Position numbers and translations under genes: made by a program
In this document: piece by piece, positions 24,124-37,076 of the stretch
Position numbering within the stretch: the first letter of the stretch is position 1
Layout: each line of letters begins with the position of its first letter
Assembly (NCBI GenBank): GCA_964016885.1
Contig: CAXHJY010000593.1
Span: forward strand, 154,112-218,111
Direction of reading: 5' to 3'
Length of the DNA: 64,000 nt
Source of the DNA: Eledone cirrhosa
Taxonomy: Eukaryota
Notes under the pieces: model-generated
Databases searched by the model: none
The model's input: only the letters and a program-made list of their open reading frames with translations
Told to the model about the DNA's origin: nothing

Positions 24124-24420
24124 CTTCTTCTTATTGAGTTGCTACACCACATCCATCCAGTGTTGCACACAGAACCTTGACTGGGGTGTTATGGTTTCAA
24201 GGTCGTTAAGTGTGCATGAAGCTTCAAGATAGGGGAAAACTAGAAGATGCTCCATAGTTTCTAATTGCCCACATTAGCAGTTGGAATCATCATCGGTGGT
24301 ATATTCCCATCTCTAAAGGTTGGCTTTACAGTGACCAACAACTGTTCGGAGGTGATTCAAGCAGAACCAAAAGGGTTAGGCATCACTGGAGCCAGTGGGG
24401 GAGGAATTCTGTAGGGTGAG
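24124..24420 (-). mobile_element. Ingi/Vingi-like (I-group) LINE 3' fragment
   Basis: Minus translation WFCLNHLRTVVGHCKANL*RWEY..C*CGQLETMEHLLVFP..CTLNDL..QHWMDVV* (decayed CCHC knuckle), then a very short 3'UTR with an AAGAAGAAG tail. Confidence 0.8.
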
Positions 24421-25594
24421 ACAAATGGCTATAATGGATATATTGCTACTAATTGTGCAGTTTTAACTGACACAGAATTCAAAGCTAAGGAGAATCTTAA
24501 ATAAATTCAAGGTATGGCTTCCCAATTTGGTCTTAATATCAATAATTACACAATCAAAATACTTTTTTTATGGATGATATTCCAGTCAATGTCAACTTGT
24601 AAAATGTGTGTTCCATTAACCAAAGTATAATCCAAAGTTACTGGTTTATATGTAGGAAAGAAAATTGTTGCATCATTAAATATCAGAAGTAGTTCCTACA
24701 AGTTTACAATTCAAATAAAATGCTGCTATGAGTATAAAGAGTAAATGAAAGATAGTCTGGATGCTCATATTTTTATTCTCTCTCTCATATTTTTATATCT
24801 GTGCAAATGCTGTATTTAAATGTACATTTGCCAATTCTTGTTTAACCACCAATAAATTTGATTTGAATAGTTTATAGGATTTTTTTACTACATTTACTGT
24901 ATACAGATTTTTTTATGCCTCCTAGCAAGTTTTTTTTTTTTATGGGGAATCAATTGAGTTAAGTTTGCTCTATCATTAATTTGTATTTTGTAAAAGTAAA
25001 TTGAGCATTTGTGAAATTTGAACTCAGAAGCATGACTCTTCAAGCTCAATAGCATAAATTACATGGTCCTATGCTGTACTGGTTGCTGTAACACTTCTAC
25101 TATATATTTACTAAATTAATAATGGGTGTGTAACTAAACCAGGAGTAAGAAACATTTATGAGGTGACTTGCCAAGTTATGAATTTTAATGAGGTTGTGTG
25201 CTGAGAAGTCAGATTTCAACTGGCTGTAACACACTTCCATAAGTTCTCCACACTTCCTTATAATCATTTCAGAAATAAGTCATTTTATGATAATTTGTCA
25301 AGCATATAAAATGTATCACGCACACATATATTTTCACTCACATATTCCCAATGAATAAACTAAAGCCATACAGAAAGACTAGAGGGTGTGTAGAAAATTG
25401 TATTATCTACTTGGTGTTACTAGTGTTTATATTATTTACTTCAGAAATATGAAGTGCAATGCCAATCCAGTCAAGATTTGACCTTTACACCTTGAAAGTA
25501 CCAAACTGCAGATGCTTTAATCCATCTAATTTTGCTTCTTATAAATTATATATGAATGCATCTGGTCCACCCTATAAGGCAGTCAGACTAATGC

Positions 25595-25860
25595 CACTCT
25601 GTAAAGTGGTTGTGCTGGTGCCATGACAAAAAAAAAAATCAGTCTGCCATACTGATGCCATGACAATAAGCACCCAGTCCACATAGTAATATGGTTGACA
25701 TTAGGAAGGACATCCAGCTGTAGAAAACCAGTCCAAAAACAGATCATATGAACATGACGTCACCTGACTTGTCTGATATCATAATGTGACAACCTGTCTA
25801 ATCCATGCAAGCACGCAAAATAGACGTTAAACAGTGATGATGATGATGATGATGATCATG
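25595..25860 (+). mobile_element. RTE LINE 3'UTR fragment
   Basis: AGCACCCAGTCCACA..TTAGGAAGGACATCCAGCTGTAG..CTAATCCATGCAAGCA..(GAT)n. Confidence 0.8.
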
Positions 25861-27387
25861 ATTTCTAACATTTCTCACATAGCCACAAATATACAAGGAT
25901 GAGGTGCAATCAATTAAATCTACACAAGTACTTAACTGCTACTTATATCAACCCTCAGAATGACGAAAAGCTTAGTCAATCCCAGCAGTAGCAATACTAC
26001 TATCTACTACTCCAATAGTAATAATAACAATGATTTCTTGCATATTGAAAGGGAAATAGCAAGTTGCTAGTTTTTATATTTTCCCCTAAGTGTATTAGCA
26101 AAATAGACAAAGTACTAATTGAAATTGGAAACTTTTGACTAAGCATGAAGCTGACTTTTGAGGGAATGGCATAATAGAATGAATCAACCACAGTGTATGA
26201 CTGGTACTTAATTTGTTAAGTCTGGTGAGACTATCAGAATAGAACTGCTGTTTTGGCTCTACTCATAATGCCAAAATTAATTGTAAGATTGTGTTATAAG
26301 TTAAAACTATGCAGAATTGATGATTATGATAATCCTGGTTCTAACTGCCACTATAGTCAATATAACTGTTGTCTTTTATCATCCTCATCGCCATTAATGC
26401 ACTGGGTTATTGCTGGCCTTGTGCCAAAACTAGAAACAATTATTATGTCCCTCAGTACCATCTTCACCATTATTATTATACCTCTTACTACCACTACCAT
26501 AACCTTCATCATTTAGCTGAACAGTAAGCAGTTGTCTATGTATGGCTGTCTTTTGTTGAGAGTCCTATAGTGTTATTGATTTTTTTTCTCCTTTCCTATA
26601 CTAACAACATCCGCTCAGCATGTGAAGCACACATGTGTACTTCTATATATCTATGCATTTCTATATATCACCCAACTCATGTCCCTTGAAATCTCATGAT
26701 TTCACAATCTTGTTGAGATCTGTTTCAATATCTGAGATCCCACTGTGCAATTCCCATTATTGATTTTTATTTATACACAAGAAACATCCGCTGTATGTAT
26801 CTATCCTACAAAAGCAGCAGTTCCAGGAATTTACTTTGTTGCCCACTGGTCAAGAAGGAAAATCTCTTATACTAGAAGTATGATGACTTAGTTAAAAATA
26901 GAACATAATAATAATTGAAGAATATACCTGTACATCCATGGTTTGTATCTGATTACGTATCTGTATTAGTCAGTTTAGAGACATACACTGTTTAGCTCTG
27001 TAGTAGCAGTAGTAGTTGCAATTTGATAATATAGTATGGTGGTAGATGTGTAATGTGCCATATTTGTAATTACAGAACTGGCTTTAATCGACAATTTCTT
27101 TTTGGAGTTATGGTCATATTTCTATTACTCTATTACGTGTTCCTGCCAACAGGCTGAGGCCATGCTGGAATACCACCATATCTGCAGACTTTTCATAGAA
27201 TTATGATCTAGGGGCAATGTATTCTCCATCCTGTTAGCCAGGACCTAGAGGCAGAGTGTAAGTTAGTTAGTGGAGGATACTCATTTGGACGTCACACATT
27301 TACATATACTTCATATCAAATTATTACTCTACAATGAATAGCCTCATCAATAAGGTTGATCTATGGTCTTAACTGTAGTGTATTATA

Positions 27388-27776
27388 CACATAATCTTAA
27401 CTGTAGTGGCAAGGGGGCTTGTTTGTTCTGTAAATCCGAGAGAGCATTACCGTCTGGAGCTTTGCTCCTGGTAGGGCCACCGTAGGCAGAGCCAGTCTCT
27501 TGGGGAGGTTCCAGACCAACAGTGACCCGCAGTGTGTTGGCTCGCCACCAAAATGGCAACTCCATCATCTGGCTATTCTGCGAACAGCTAACAGTCCACC
27601 CTGAAGAACCATCATCCTGTTATGAAACTGACTAAAAGAAACCAGACTGCCCAACACTGGAACCGACCCCAGCATGCCCCCACCAACGAGAAATTGAGTG
27701 TCAGCTGTACACATGACAATGCATTGGGATCACTGGCTTAGGATGACCCCCAGCCTCATTGAGCAAGAAAAAGAAG
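27388..27776 (+). mobile_element. short non-autonomous RTE derivative (RTE 5'UTR joined to a probable 3' end)
   Basis: GGGGCTTGTTTGTTC..CTGGAGCTTTGCTCCTGGTAGGGCCACC..GGGGAGGTTCCAGACCAA resembles Expander/Rex3-type RTE 5' ends (recalled consensus); ends in an AAG-rich tail. Confidence 0.6.
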
Positions 27777-28131
27777 TGTTATGTAGTCAAGTTCTTTAAC
27801 TGCTATGTAATGCAGTTATTACCTTAATTGTAGTGTCATGAAGTTGTGGCTATTCTCAAAAAGAAATTATTACTATATGTAACAATTTGCACAAGAATAC
27901 AAATGTTGACTTGATAGCAGTACAAATCAATAATACAAAGTATTTACTCCAGGACTCTAATGTTTTCTGCCAGCTTCATATATATAATAATAGTGATTTA
28001 CTAAAAGTGGACAATTAATGCTACATTGTAAACTTCAAATTTTTCACTTTTTAAAAAATAACACTCATAATTTAGTTTACTATGTTTCACTATTAGTTGT
28101 ACAGATGAAGTTCTGAGTATGTGTAAGAGTG

Positions 28132-28464
28132 TACTCTCAGATCTTGAACCCCCCCCCCCCCCCACACACACACACACACTCCTTGCTCTTATTCCATTTT
28201 GCTAATCTATCTCCGTTGAAATTTTATTTTAAGTGACAATTTTCTTGAGACATTAAAAAACACTATACATGACGGAAAAAAAAAAACGTACATTTCCATA
28301 CATCCCATACATTATAAAATAAATAGAATTGGTTGGGGTCTCAATATGCAAACTAAACAACTAATTCTGATTTTTTTTTAAATCATTGGAGACAACCAAG
28401 AAAAATTACCGATTTTCCAACCTCCCTGCTTATCCCATCCCTTATTATTTAGGACCTGAGAATA
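28132..28464 (+). mobile_element. MITE family M1 copy
   Basis: TACTCTCAGATCTTGAA start; TTTTGCTAATCTATCTC body; ATTATTTAGGACCTGAGAATA end. Confidence 0.8.
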
Positions 28465-28794
28465 TGAGATGTGTGCTTGTGTATTTGAGTATGTGTACAC
28501 TTGATCAACATATCAGTGAACTTACTGCCTGTATAACAATGGGAGACAAAATTCTCCAAATGTTAATTTTTCTTTAAAACTATACTTTCATTTCTTGTAC
28601 TTTAAAGAACTTCTTAATGAAGAAAATTCATTTAAAATGTACTCTCCCAAATCTCAGTGATTTCATGTTTATATTTTACCTGGTTAAAATTGTATTTTTA
28701 ATTTAAGGCACAAGTTGTCAGTTCTTTCAAACCATTTTCTCTCTAGACTGGAGGGAAATTAGATGAATATAACCTGTTTTATGAAAGGCAAAAC

Positions 28795-29240
28795 ATTGGT
28801 TGCTTCCCTCGGCCTGGATACATTAAAGCTCTGACACCCACAAAAGTATTAATCATCTTTCCAACAACAACCCTAAGCACCTTTTTGAATTCCATGTGTC
28901 TAACATCTGTGGAGATGCTTACAAAATCAGAAAACAGCACAGCTCCCATGACTTTCAAAAACATTTTTCATACTCTGAGTTGCTGGAACAAACTACCTGC
29001 ATCAGTTGTTAGCTGTCAAGACACTGCAGCCTTCAAAACTTCTATGTTTTTTTAAATTCGCCAACACTACACCTGATATTCCTCCTCCATACACATGCAC
29101 CCATATGTCTGTGTGTATATCATGATTCATATAGATCACTCTCCTGTCATTTGTACATTATTCTATGTACTATACATGCACCTTTGATGAGTTGTAGTGC
29201 ACCTGAGCACTGTACACAATAGTTTTCATCATTTATTATC
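28795..29240 (+). mobile_element. CR1-group LINE 3' fragment with 3'UTR
   Basis: Frameshifted ASLGLDTLKL..INHLSNNNPKHLFEFHVSNICGDAYKIRKQHSSHDFQKHF..WNKLPASVVSCQDTAAFKTSM, a CR1-type C-terminus. Confidence 0.8.
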
Positions 29241-29837
29241 ATACAAGACAAACAACTGCTCTGGTGTAGACATATTGATCCATACTAAGATCAAATCTCA
29301 AGATGCTTGCCCTCACAGCCAAGAAAAATTGCAATATGTTCAACTACAACCCTATACAACCATTATTGGCATGGGAAAATGAACAGCAAAAAAAGTGCTG
29401 ATTATAATAAAACCACAACTTTTGTTTTAGTGGCAGAAAGAGTAGTTTTGTAGATTGAATTCCTTGCAGTATTTAATTAATGTAGCAAATGTAGCATTTG
29501 TTTTACAGTTGGATGTTCATACAGTCACTGACCACTCAAGTATGAAGTTAGAGTTGAACAATGTCAATCAGGCAAATTAAAGCAGACTGTGCTTTGCATA
29601 TAGATCCATCATGATTGAATTGAGTTTGGGTCCGTGTGGTCAAATAGTCCAGCAAATTAATCTCACAGCTATTGTCAATCAATTGGTAATAATATTTTAT
29701 CAAAGCTTATGAGCTTCTAGAATCACATTCGCTATACTTGGTCAAATTTTCTCATATCCAACATTCCAAGCTTCAGAATATTTCTTCCACTCTTATTCTA
29801 CTTTCTTTCCAATGTTCTTCCTTATACCAGCCAACCC

Positions 29838-29851
29838 CCTCTCTCTCTCTT

Positions 29852-29901
<50 letters not shown>
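29838..29901. repeat. (CT)n microsatellite
   Basis: Dinucleotide run. Confidence 0.95.
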
Positions 29902-29905
<4 letters not shown>

Positions 29906-30494
29906 TCTGCCGGGACTGTCTTGGCTGTTTAAATAAAGCAAGAGACCTACAACTAAGCATCAGTTTTATGAATGAATAATATTGTGAGTTCAAATCCTCT
30001 GCTTCTGCAGCTATGATGTGCTTTTAGATAGAACACTTTATTCTACATTGCATTAGTTCACTTAGTTTTTAGGTATAAGGACCAGACCATTTGGAAAGAA
30101 TGTTATTTGTAATAGACTAGGAGATTTAACTTCCATCCAATTAAGTCCCTGAAACTAGAGCTTGGTACCAGTTCTTGAGAGTCTCTTGAGGATTGAGAGA
30201 CATTTACATTGCTAGCCTTTTGTGAAGGAGTGGGGAAGGTGTAAGCTGCTCAGGGTCAACTTATATTGCTTTGTTGTTGCTGTTATTGTTATCATTGCCT
30301 TATCTCTATTACATCATTGACTGACCTATTTACCCATTTCTGTAACTTCTCACCTCATAATATAAATAGCCTTTTGCAAACATTGTTTACAACAAAGCAT
30401 GAACCAAGAAAATTATTATCTAAAAAGAAAAAAATATAAATAAAGTGTTCTCAATGTTCAGTCAGACAGACCTATAATCAAAGGTATTGAAATG

Positions 30495-30975
30495 TGGTAG
30501 TGCTGGTGCCACAATAAAATCTATCCATCCTACTCTGTGAAGTGGTACTGGGGGTTCAATAGAATATGAACCCAGCACATGCCATGAAGTTGTTGGTGTT
30601 AAGAAAGACATCCAGCCATAGAAGTCATCCCAGAATAGAACATATGAGTGAGACACAGTCATCTGACTTGCCTACCCACAGAACATGACAACTTGTCTAA
30701 CACATGCAAGCATAAAAAATAGATGTAAAATAGTAATGATGATGATGATATAAGGTGGTTGTTCTGGTGCCACAACAAAAAGCACCTAGGCCATGCTGTA
30801 AGGGTAAAATGCTCCCAGTATATTCTGTAAAGTAGTTAGTGTTAGAAAGGGCATCCAGCCATAAAAACCAAGCCAGAACAAAGCTTATAAGCAGGACCTA
30901 GTCACCTGACCAGTCTGGCTTCAGCACATGATTGCTATCAAACCCATCAAACATGGAAAATAGATGTTAAATAGT
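30495..30975 (+). mobile_element. two tandem degenerate RTE 3'UTR fragments
   Basis: Two GTGTTA(A/G)..A(G/C)ATCCAGCCATA..CATG(C/G)AA..TAGATGT(A/T)AAATAG units, ~30495-30750 and ~30755-30975. Confidence 0.7.
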
Positions 30976-31492
30976 GAAATTATTTCATAAGGTAGTATAG
31001 TATATAGTAGCTTGACTGATCATTCAACTAAACAGATTGCTGGATTCTAGTTACATCCATTATCTCTAAGAATTCAAATTTTGCAAGGCTGATTTTTGTC
31101 TTTCATTCCTTTGGTGTAGATAAAATAAGTACCATTTATATACTGGTTAAATTTAATCGAATATACTTCTATAATTTTTGGTTTTATGCCAGTGTAAGAA
31201 ATCATTCTTATTGGCTATCTTCACAATTATCTTCTATGAACTTTATTTTATTGAAATTATCAATCATCCCTACATGACCACAAATATCTACCACCCAATT
31301 TAAATGTTTAGCTTTATTGTTTTGTGGTGAGATGCATTGTCCTTGTGCAAAGGACAAAGATACTGCTGTTTACAAATAACAATTGACCAGAGACCATTGC
31401 ATGCTTTTCTTTTTAATCTCATTTTTATTTTTTTATGTTTTATTAATTGTTTAATCTTTTCTACAAATTAAGATGTATTTATCAAAATTTGT

Positions 31493-31814
31493 ATAACCCT
31501 TTAATTACCAACCTGGCCAAAACTGGCTTGGATTCTATGAAATAAAACCACCCATTTTAAAGGTTTCTAATTTAAATTAAAATCTTCCAGCATAATTTTA
31601 TATTAAGTTATCTTAGAAATGAAATAATAAAATAATTTTAGTAAATCCCTTGAAATTCTTCATGAATTAATTAAAATAGAGTGTATTTCATTAGAAATGT
31701 GGTCATGAAAGGACTATAATTAAAAGAGAGTATATTTCATTAGAAATGTGGTCGTGAAAGGGTTATAATTAAAATAGAGTGTATTCATTAGAAATGTGGT
31801 TGTGAAAGGGTTAA
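31493..31814 (+). mobile_element. piggyBac-type MITE P1 with triplicated right end
   Basis: ATAA-CCCTTT ... AAAGGG-TTAA ends; homologous to 53559-53775; last ~49 bp tandemly repeated three times. Confidence 0.85.
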
Positions 31815-33549
31815 AACATTTCTATCTATATTAGAAGTATGAAAAATAAAGAAAATATTCATGGTGATAATGAAGGAGAGTCAAAGTGCTTTTGTTCCTA
31901 GAGATCCTAGCCTGCTTTAAAATGATAGTAGCTCCATATTAAACTTTAGACTAATAGGCCTTGAAGACATTACTTCACAAGGTGTAACATCAATAATTGA
32001 GATTTCTTATTATCACAAACACCTTATTATTGACATTCAATACTCTAAATTCCTTTCCCATCTGAAATAATTTCAGGTTGGATATTACAACATCAAGATT
32101 TAATCACATATCTCCCACCTTTTAGGATAATTCTAGTATCATGAATTTAACCATTCAATGATGAGTTGAATGGTAGGGGAAATGAGTTTGTTATTGAAAT
32201 GGAATAGATGGTCATAATAGTTGTAATTGTCTATCTAAAAGAATATGTTTTACCAACTATAGAATAAAGTTATTCTCTTCTGAATTGGAGATCAATTTAG
32301 ATTATAGAAAATTGAATTCCTTACATAAAAATAAGATAGGTAATATCTGCCAAATTTTTTCTCAAACTGATACCATATGCAATTGTCATAAGATTTGCAA
32401 AACTAGCTTTGTTGAAATTCATAAAAATATAAAACCAAAAGAGTTTGGAGGTGTCCAAAACATTCAACTTTTTCATTTGTCACAGCAACTAAACTTATTG
32501 ACACCTACAAACTCTCTATGTATTTTTACCACTAATTCTAATGCAGACCCTCAACATTTTTCCTAGATTTCAGACTTTACCATTTCAAACAGATATAGTG
32601 TGAGTGAAGAAATGGGTAACTATTTTCACAAAGAAACCTGTTATAGTATTATTGTCGCCAATGGCAACTAAAAATAATCTTCAAAGTACAGAAAAACTAA
32701 CATCACTATCACCAAAATCTCCAATCAATCACTAAAACTACCTGAAAAATAAAAACCAGCAATTATATTATTCATTTTCATTTCCATTCCTTAAGTCTTA
32801 CAGTGTCATGAAAAACTATAATAGTTACAACCTGCTATAGTTGCATTAAACTATAAAGGTAAACAGCTTCAAGATTTCATTTATAATAACAATTTATACA
32901 TATTTAATAATAATTCTCCTGCATACTTTCATCCAGGAAATAGGTAATACAGTCTAACAGTTTCTTTCCTCCACCCTAATTTTAATTGAAAGATTCAAGG
33001 TGACCTCTGTAGTAGTCACAGTTTCCTTATAATGTTACAAATCAATGAAGCCTGTAAGCAATACAAGGATCTCAACAGAGAAAATTAACAAGGCAGATGG
33101 AAACTAGCTTCAAATTTACTGTATTGGAAAACTAAATATTATTAATTATAGCTGTGAAGTTGGTCCACTCTTAAAGTCTATAAAGTGTCGCTTGCAAACA
33201 TGAAACAACTATGCATAAGGCTACTACAGTTTCAGAACAACTTAATTCATGATTTAAGGAAGATTTTTCTGGCCAAAAGAATGGCTGAGGGAAAATTGAA
33301 AATGCATTCTTGTAGAGTTAATCTAGAAAATGTGAGAAATAACAAGAGCTAAACCTAGATGAATCATAGTGGAAAATATCATTTTCTAAAGTAGACAATA
33401 ATACTTCATTAAATAAAGAATGAAATATCATTTAAAATATTAAAGGTAAATACAGTATAAACCATCTGAAAATTGGATCAGATTTGTTAACAAACACTCT
33501 CAAACATCAAATAGATGAAATAAAAAAGTGAAAATATGAGCAAGTGAGC

Positions 33550-33745
33550 ACACTGCTATGTGGTCACTCAGTCTGTTAGAAATATCAGCCAAATCTCCCT
33601 CATATCACATCCTACCATCTTAAAAAGAGAAGAACATATTGGCTAGTGTTGTCCTCAATAGACTATGCCTGGAATTGTCTCAGCTGCAGTGCTTTTGATC
33701 ATAGGTCTGTTCAATGATAGCCGATCTAAGACTAAACAACAATAA
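33550..33745 (+). mobile_element. old interspersed repeat (SINE-like 3' body), family D
   Basis: CTG(T/C)TAGAAAT..CC..ATCT..CTCA.AT.ACA.. and TTGAT(C/T)ATA.G..TAAACAACAA shared with 60885-61070. Confidence 0.6.
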
Positions 33746-34559
33746 CTAAACAAATGGTTAAATGTCTTCAGCTGCATCAAACAAATTATTAAACATTAAG
33801 CAACCTCATTAATTATCTTAATTAACATTTTAATTGCCTCTGATCTTCCAAATATTCCTTCATTGACGGAACCTGTTATTAGGAAAGTACACTGATGCTT
33901 CATAATAAACAGTCTGGCCAAGCTTTTCACAGGAAAATTTTTTTTTAAATGGTGCGGCAAAGCCTTTGAGTGGAAGTTGATGAAATTCGTCCAAATCTCC
34001 GAATATAAGTTTAACCCCTCCCCCTCCCTCAATTTCCCATCGACTTTTGGTCACATATTCTTCATCTTATATTCAAGAATATTCTGTAAGTCTTTAATAC
34101 ATGGAAGGGAGAGTGAAAAGTGTTACTAAACCTTTGGGTACACTAGAATTCATAGAGTGAAAGTCAGAGAGAGTTCCATAGATAGATATTGCAGAAGTGT
34201 TATTGTACATGAAGCTTCTTATAACAGAACTAAGAATCTGCTTTCTTACTCATTCTTGTCACAATCATTAAAAAGGTCCTAAAAAGAATCTGTAATGAGG
34301 GTTACACTTGAAAACTCAATTAACAAAAGAAAAAAAACAAAACATAGTTGATGAAGGTGATTTATTGAACTGTACAAAGAAAGGGATCTTTATTTTTTAT
34401 TTTATAATTTTTTGAAATGGATCAAGATATTTCTACCTTCCAGAGATCCATTGGAAATGTCTGAGAAGATTAAATTCAAAAGATCTTTTATTAAATATAT
34501 ATAGGTCAAACTTAGAGAAAAAGAAAGCTGTTTTAGAAAGGACTATAAATACCATAAAT

Positions 34560-34730
34560 GCGAGGAAAGGGGAGGGGGAAGGACTACTAGACAAATGAAG
34601 AAAGAAAGGGGAGAGGGTGACAGGCATTAAACCTAGGTCAGAGAAGTGTTTTGTGTTTTGGCTGTGCGGCGTAGACAAAATGGCAAAGGTATTTCTGCAG
34701 ACAATGACCAGTGACCCTCACTGCAATGAA
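34560..34730 (+). mobile_element. family E repeat (probable 3'UTR of a Zenon/CR1-like LINE)
   Basis: CCTAGGTCAGAG..AGACAAAATGGCAAAGG..CTGCAGACAATGACCAG; homologous to 41630, 44873 and 61740. Confidence 0.7.
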
Positions 34731-35949
34731 AAATTCAGTAAATGATGTCTACAATTAACAAGAAAGAAATTTTTTTATAAATAATCTTCCCAGCCTGCTT
34801 GTACCACATTAACAATAAACCAAAATGATAATGCTTCTAATGATTCTGGCAAATTAATGAAAATCTTTCTCCAAGGCAATGGATTAAACAATGTTTTCAC
34901 TTAAGCAGTCTACATTTCTGAACTCTATCAAAAATTTATAATTCAAGAACTTTTTTAAAAGCAAAAATTCTTTGTTTACAGCAGCTTGAGAAACTTACTG
35001 ACAATCTCATTAAGTATTTTAAAATACAAGATAAATATGCCAGTGACACAATTTATTTAATTTTGGTTGTAAAATACATTCATATAAAAAATGAAGAATT
35101 TTGCTGGAGTATAATTGTTTTATCAGTAGTTTATATTGCCATTACCCATTGTTATTAGTATTTTTTCTAAAAACTATAGTTTAAAGGATCATCATTCATA
35201 TCTTCAGATTTATTCAATTTATTACTAAAAGCTCTTGGATGGGTAGAACAGAGAGAGAGAGAGAGGGCCTTTGACTAAATTTCCTGGCAATAATGTCTTT
35301 TTACATCATACTAAATTCAAATCCCACCATATTCAATTTAGCATTTCATCAATTCAAGGTCAATAAAGTAAGTAGTTATGATGATCTAAGATAGAATTAA
35401 ATATTTTATACCCCTACTCTACAATATTGTATCAATATAATGAATTATTATTGCTATTGCTTTTGTTTGTTTAAACATTGTTGTCTAAACTTGCATTTCC
35501 TTTTGTCTTTGCAGGTAATTTTTTTAATTATTTTTTCCTTATAATACTATATATAAGGAGGATAAATAGCAGCTGCATTGTTCCTGTTTCTTACTGGAAT
35601 ACGTTCTTATTGAACTCAACAGGTTGGAGAAATTCATTTCAAATATGATTTTTACTATTTCTGTTGGTTTTTTTTTTTTTGGTTTTTTTGCTTTTTGTTA
35701 AAAAAAAGAAAGAAAACATTAAATTATGATGGTTTATCAAATTTCCATTTTAAATATTAACATTTTTCATAAGAATATATTTTGGAATTTGGGATTTTTT
35801 TGTTGTTTTTTTTAAGTCTATCATTGTCTAAAGAATTGTATTTTTTTTTTTTGTGTTGTTGTTTTTGTCTTTTTACATTTTAATCCAGGATGATTTGTGA
35901 GTGTATGGTAGTAGTGTTGGTGGTAATAGGTGGGGCTGTCTATGATACC

Positions 35950-36240
35950 AGTGAAGTTGTTAATGCAGTTGGTTTTCAGCTTGAAATTCTACAGGTTCAT
36001 GTGTAATGAGAAAGTGTGGGTAATGAGGGAGTTCCTAAAAGTGCAGTTCTGAAACTTGGATAAAGGTTTTTAAGGGATAATAGAGACTTGGTAGGGATGT
36101 TGGAAAGAAGAACAATGATTTGCATAACAGTATATAACTTGCTAGTTTCAGAATAGCAGGAAGCATAGTAATAGACATAAGGAGAATTGAGGGCAGCAGT
36201 ATTCAAGTGGTGCTTGTGTGTTAGTAAGCAAAAATTTCTC
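35950..36240 (-). mobile_element. Zenon/CR1-like LINE C-terminal fragment, old
   Basis: Minus translation with frameshifts: AALNSPYVYYYASCYSE..SFRTA..NSL..MNL*NFKLKTN, resembling the FY.YY...CS.E / RT..LWNSLP..NL..FK motifs. Confidence 0.55.
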
Positions 36241-36624
36241 AATCATTTGAATGGCATTTAACTTTTTAATTTTTTAGATGCTTGAAACTTGATTATGGCT
36301 ACATTGTTTAACTCTTCAGTTTCATCTGTTTATATCCAGAATTGTTTTACAAAAAATTACATAAATCCTGTCTATTTCATTCATTTCTACAATAACCCCC
36401 AAACTTTAACATAATTGTGAAATAAACAAAACTGAATACAATGTTCCTTAAATAGACTGATTGGTATTGAATGAGACCTACTAGCTACTCTATGGTTTTA
36501 GAGAATCAGGAAGCTGGTTCAAGTGATGAAACATTTCTCAATTATTAAAAGTATTTGAAGAGATGCTTTCAAGCTAGCACCATTACTAAATGTAAAGCAA
36601 TATCAATTTGAATTATTCATTCTG

Positions 36625-36825
36625 GTGTCGTGTCCAGGGAGCAGTCTTGTACTTTCAGTACAAAACCGGCCTGATGAGCCTCCTGTCTTGGGACAGTCTT
36701 TAATCTGCGATGGACAAGCATCCTGTCCATCGGGAAGTCTTGAATTCTCAGTTGATTCATGCTAGAAGACCAGGATAAGAACCTGCCTAATGAGTCTTCT
36801 GGCTTGAGACAGACATTTTAGACTT
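36625..36825 (+). mobile_element. SINE 3' domain fragment, partially duplicated in tandem
   Basis: CTGCGATGGACAAGCATCCTGTCCA..TCAGTTGATTCATGCTAGAAGACCAGGATAAG..CCTAATGAGTC..GGCTTGAGACAGAC, preceded by a shorter copy (GTCCAGGG..CCGGCCTGATGAGCC..GGGACAGTC). Confidence 0.6.
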
Positions 36826-36909
36826 GAGATGGAACGGCAGTGATAAAAACAAAGTAATCTTTCCCGCAAACAAACAAGGCTCATCAGTTTAAGTAATTTT
36901 TCTTACCAG

Positions 36910-37055
36910 TAGTGCCAGATTTACTATTGTGCTTAGGTGTACCCCATTGGCCGGGAAGGGGGGGGGGGATCTTCCTGCCCAAAAAAGTTTTTATGGTGTA
37001 AGGCACCTCATAACTTAACTAGCACAGGGCCTCATTTGTACTAAATCCAGCACTG
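36910..37055. mobile_element. short hAT-like MITE
   Basis: TAGTGCCAGATTTA ... TAAATCCAGCACTG inverted termini; TSD not clean. Confidence 0.55.
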
Positions 37056-37076
37056 CGCTTACCAAGCAACATAAGT

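Noticed and set aside
33860-34054. Pif1/Helitron helicase motif III-like peptide (GGVKLIFGDLDEFHQLP)
   Set aside because: Spacing deviates from GDxxQLPP, no flanking helicase motifs are present, and the glycines come from a G-run. It more likely reflects a non-coding transposon fragment; a blastx search would settle it.
36665-36710. Hammerhead ribozyme at CTGATGAG
   Set aside because: No stem II followed by GAAA; the motif is part of a SINE 3' domain.
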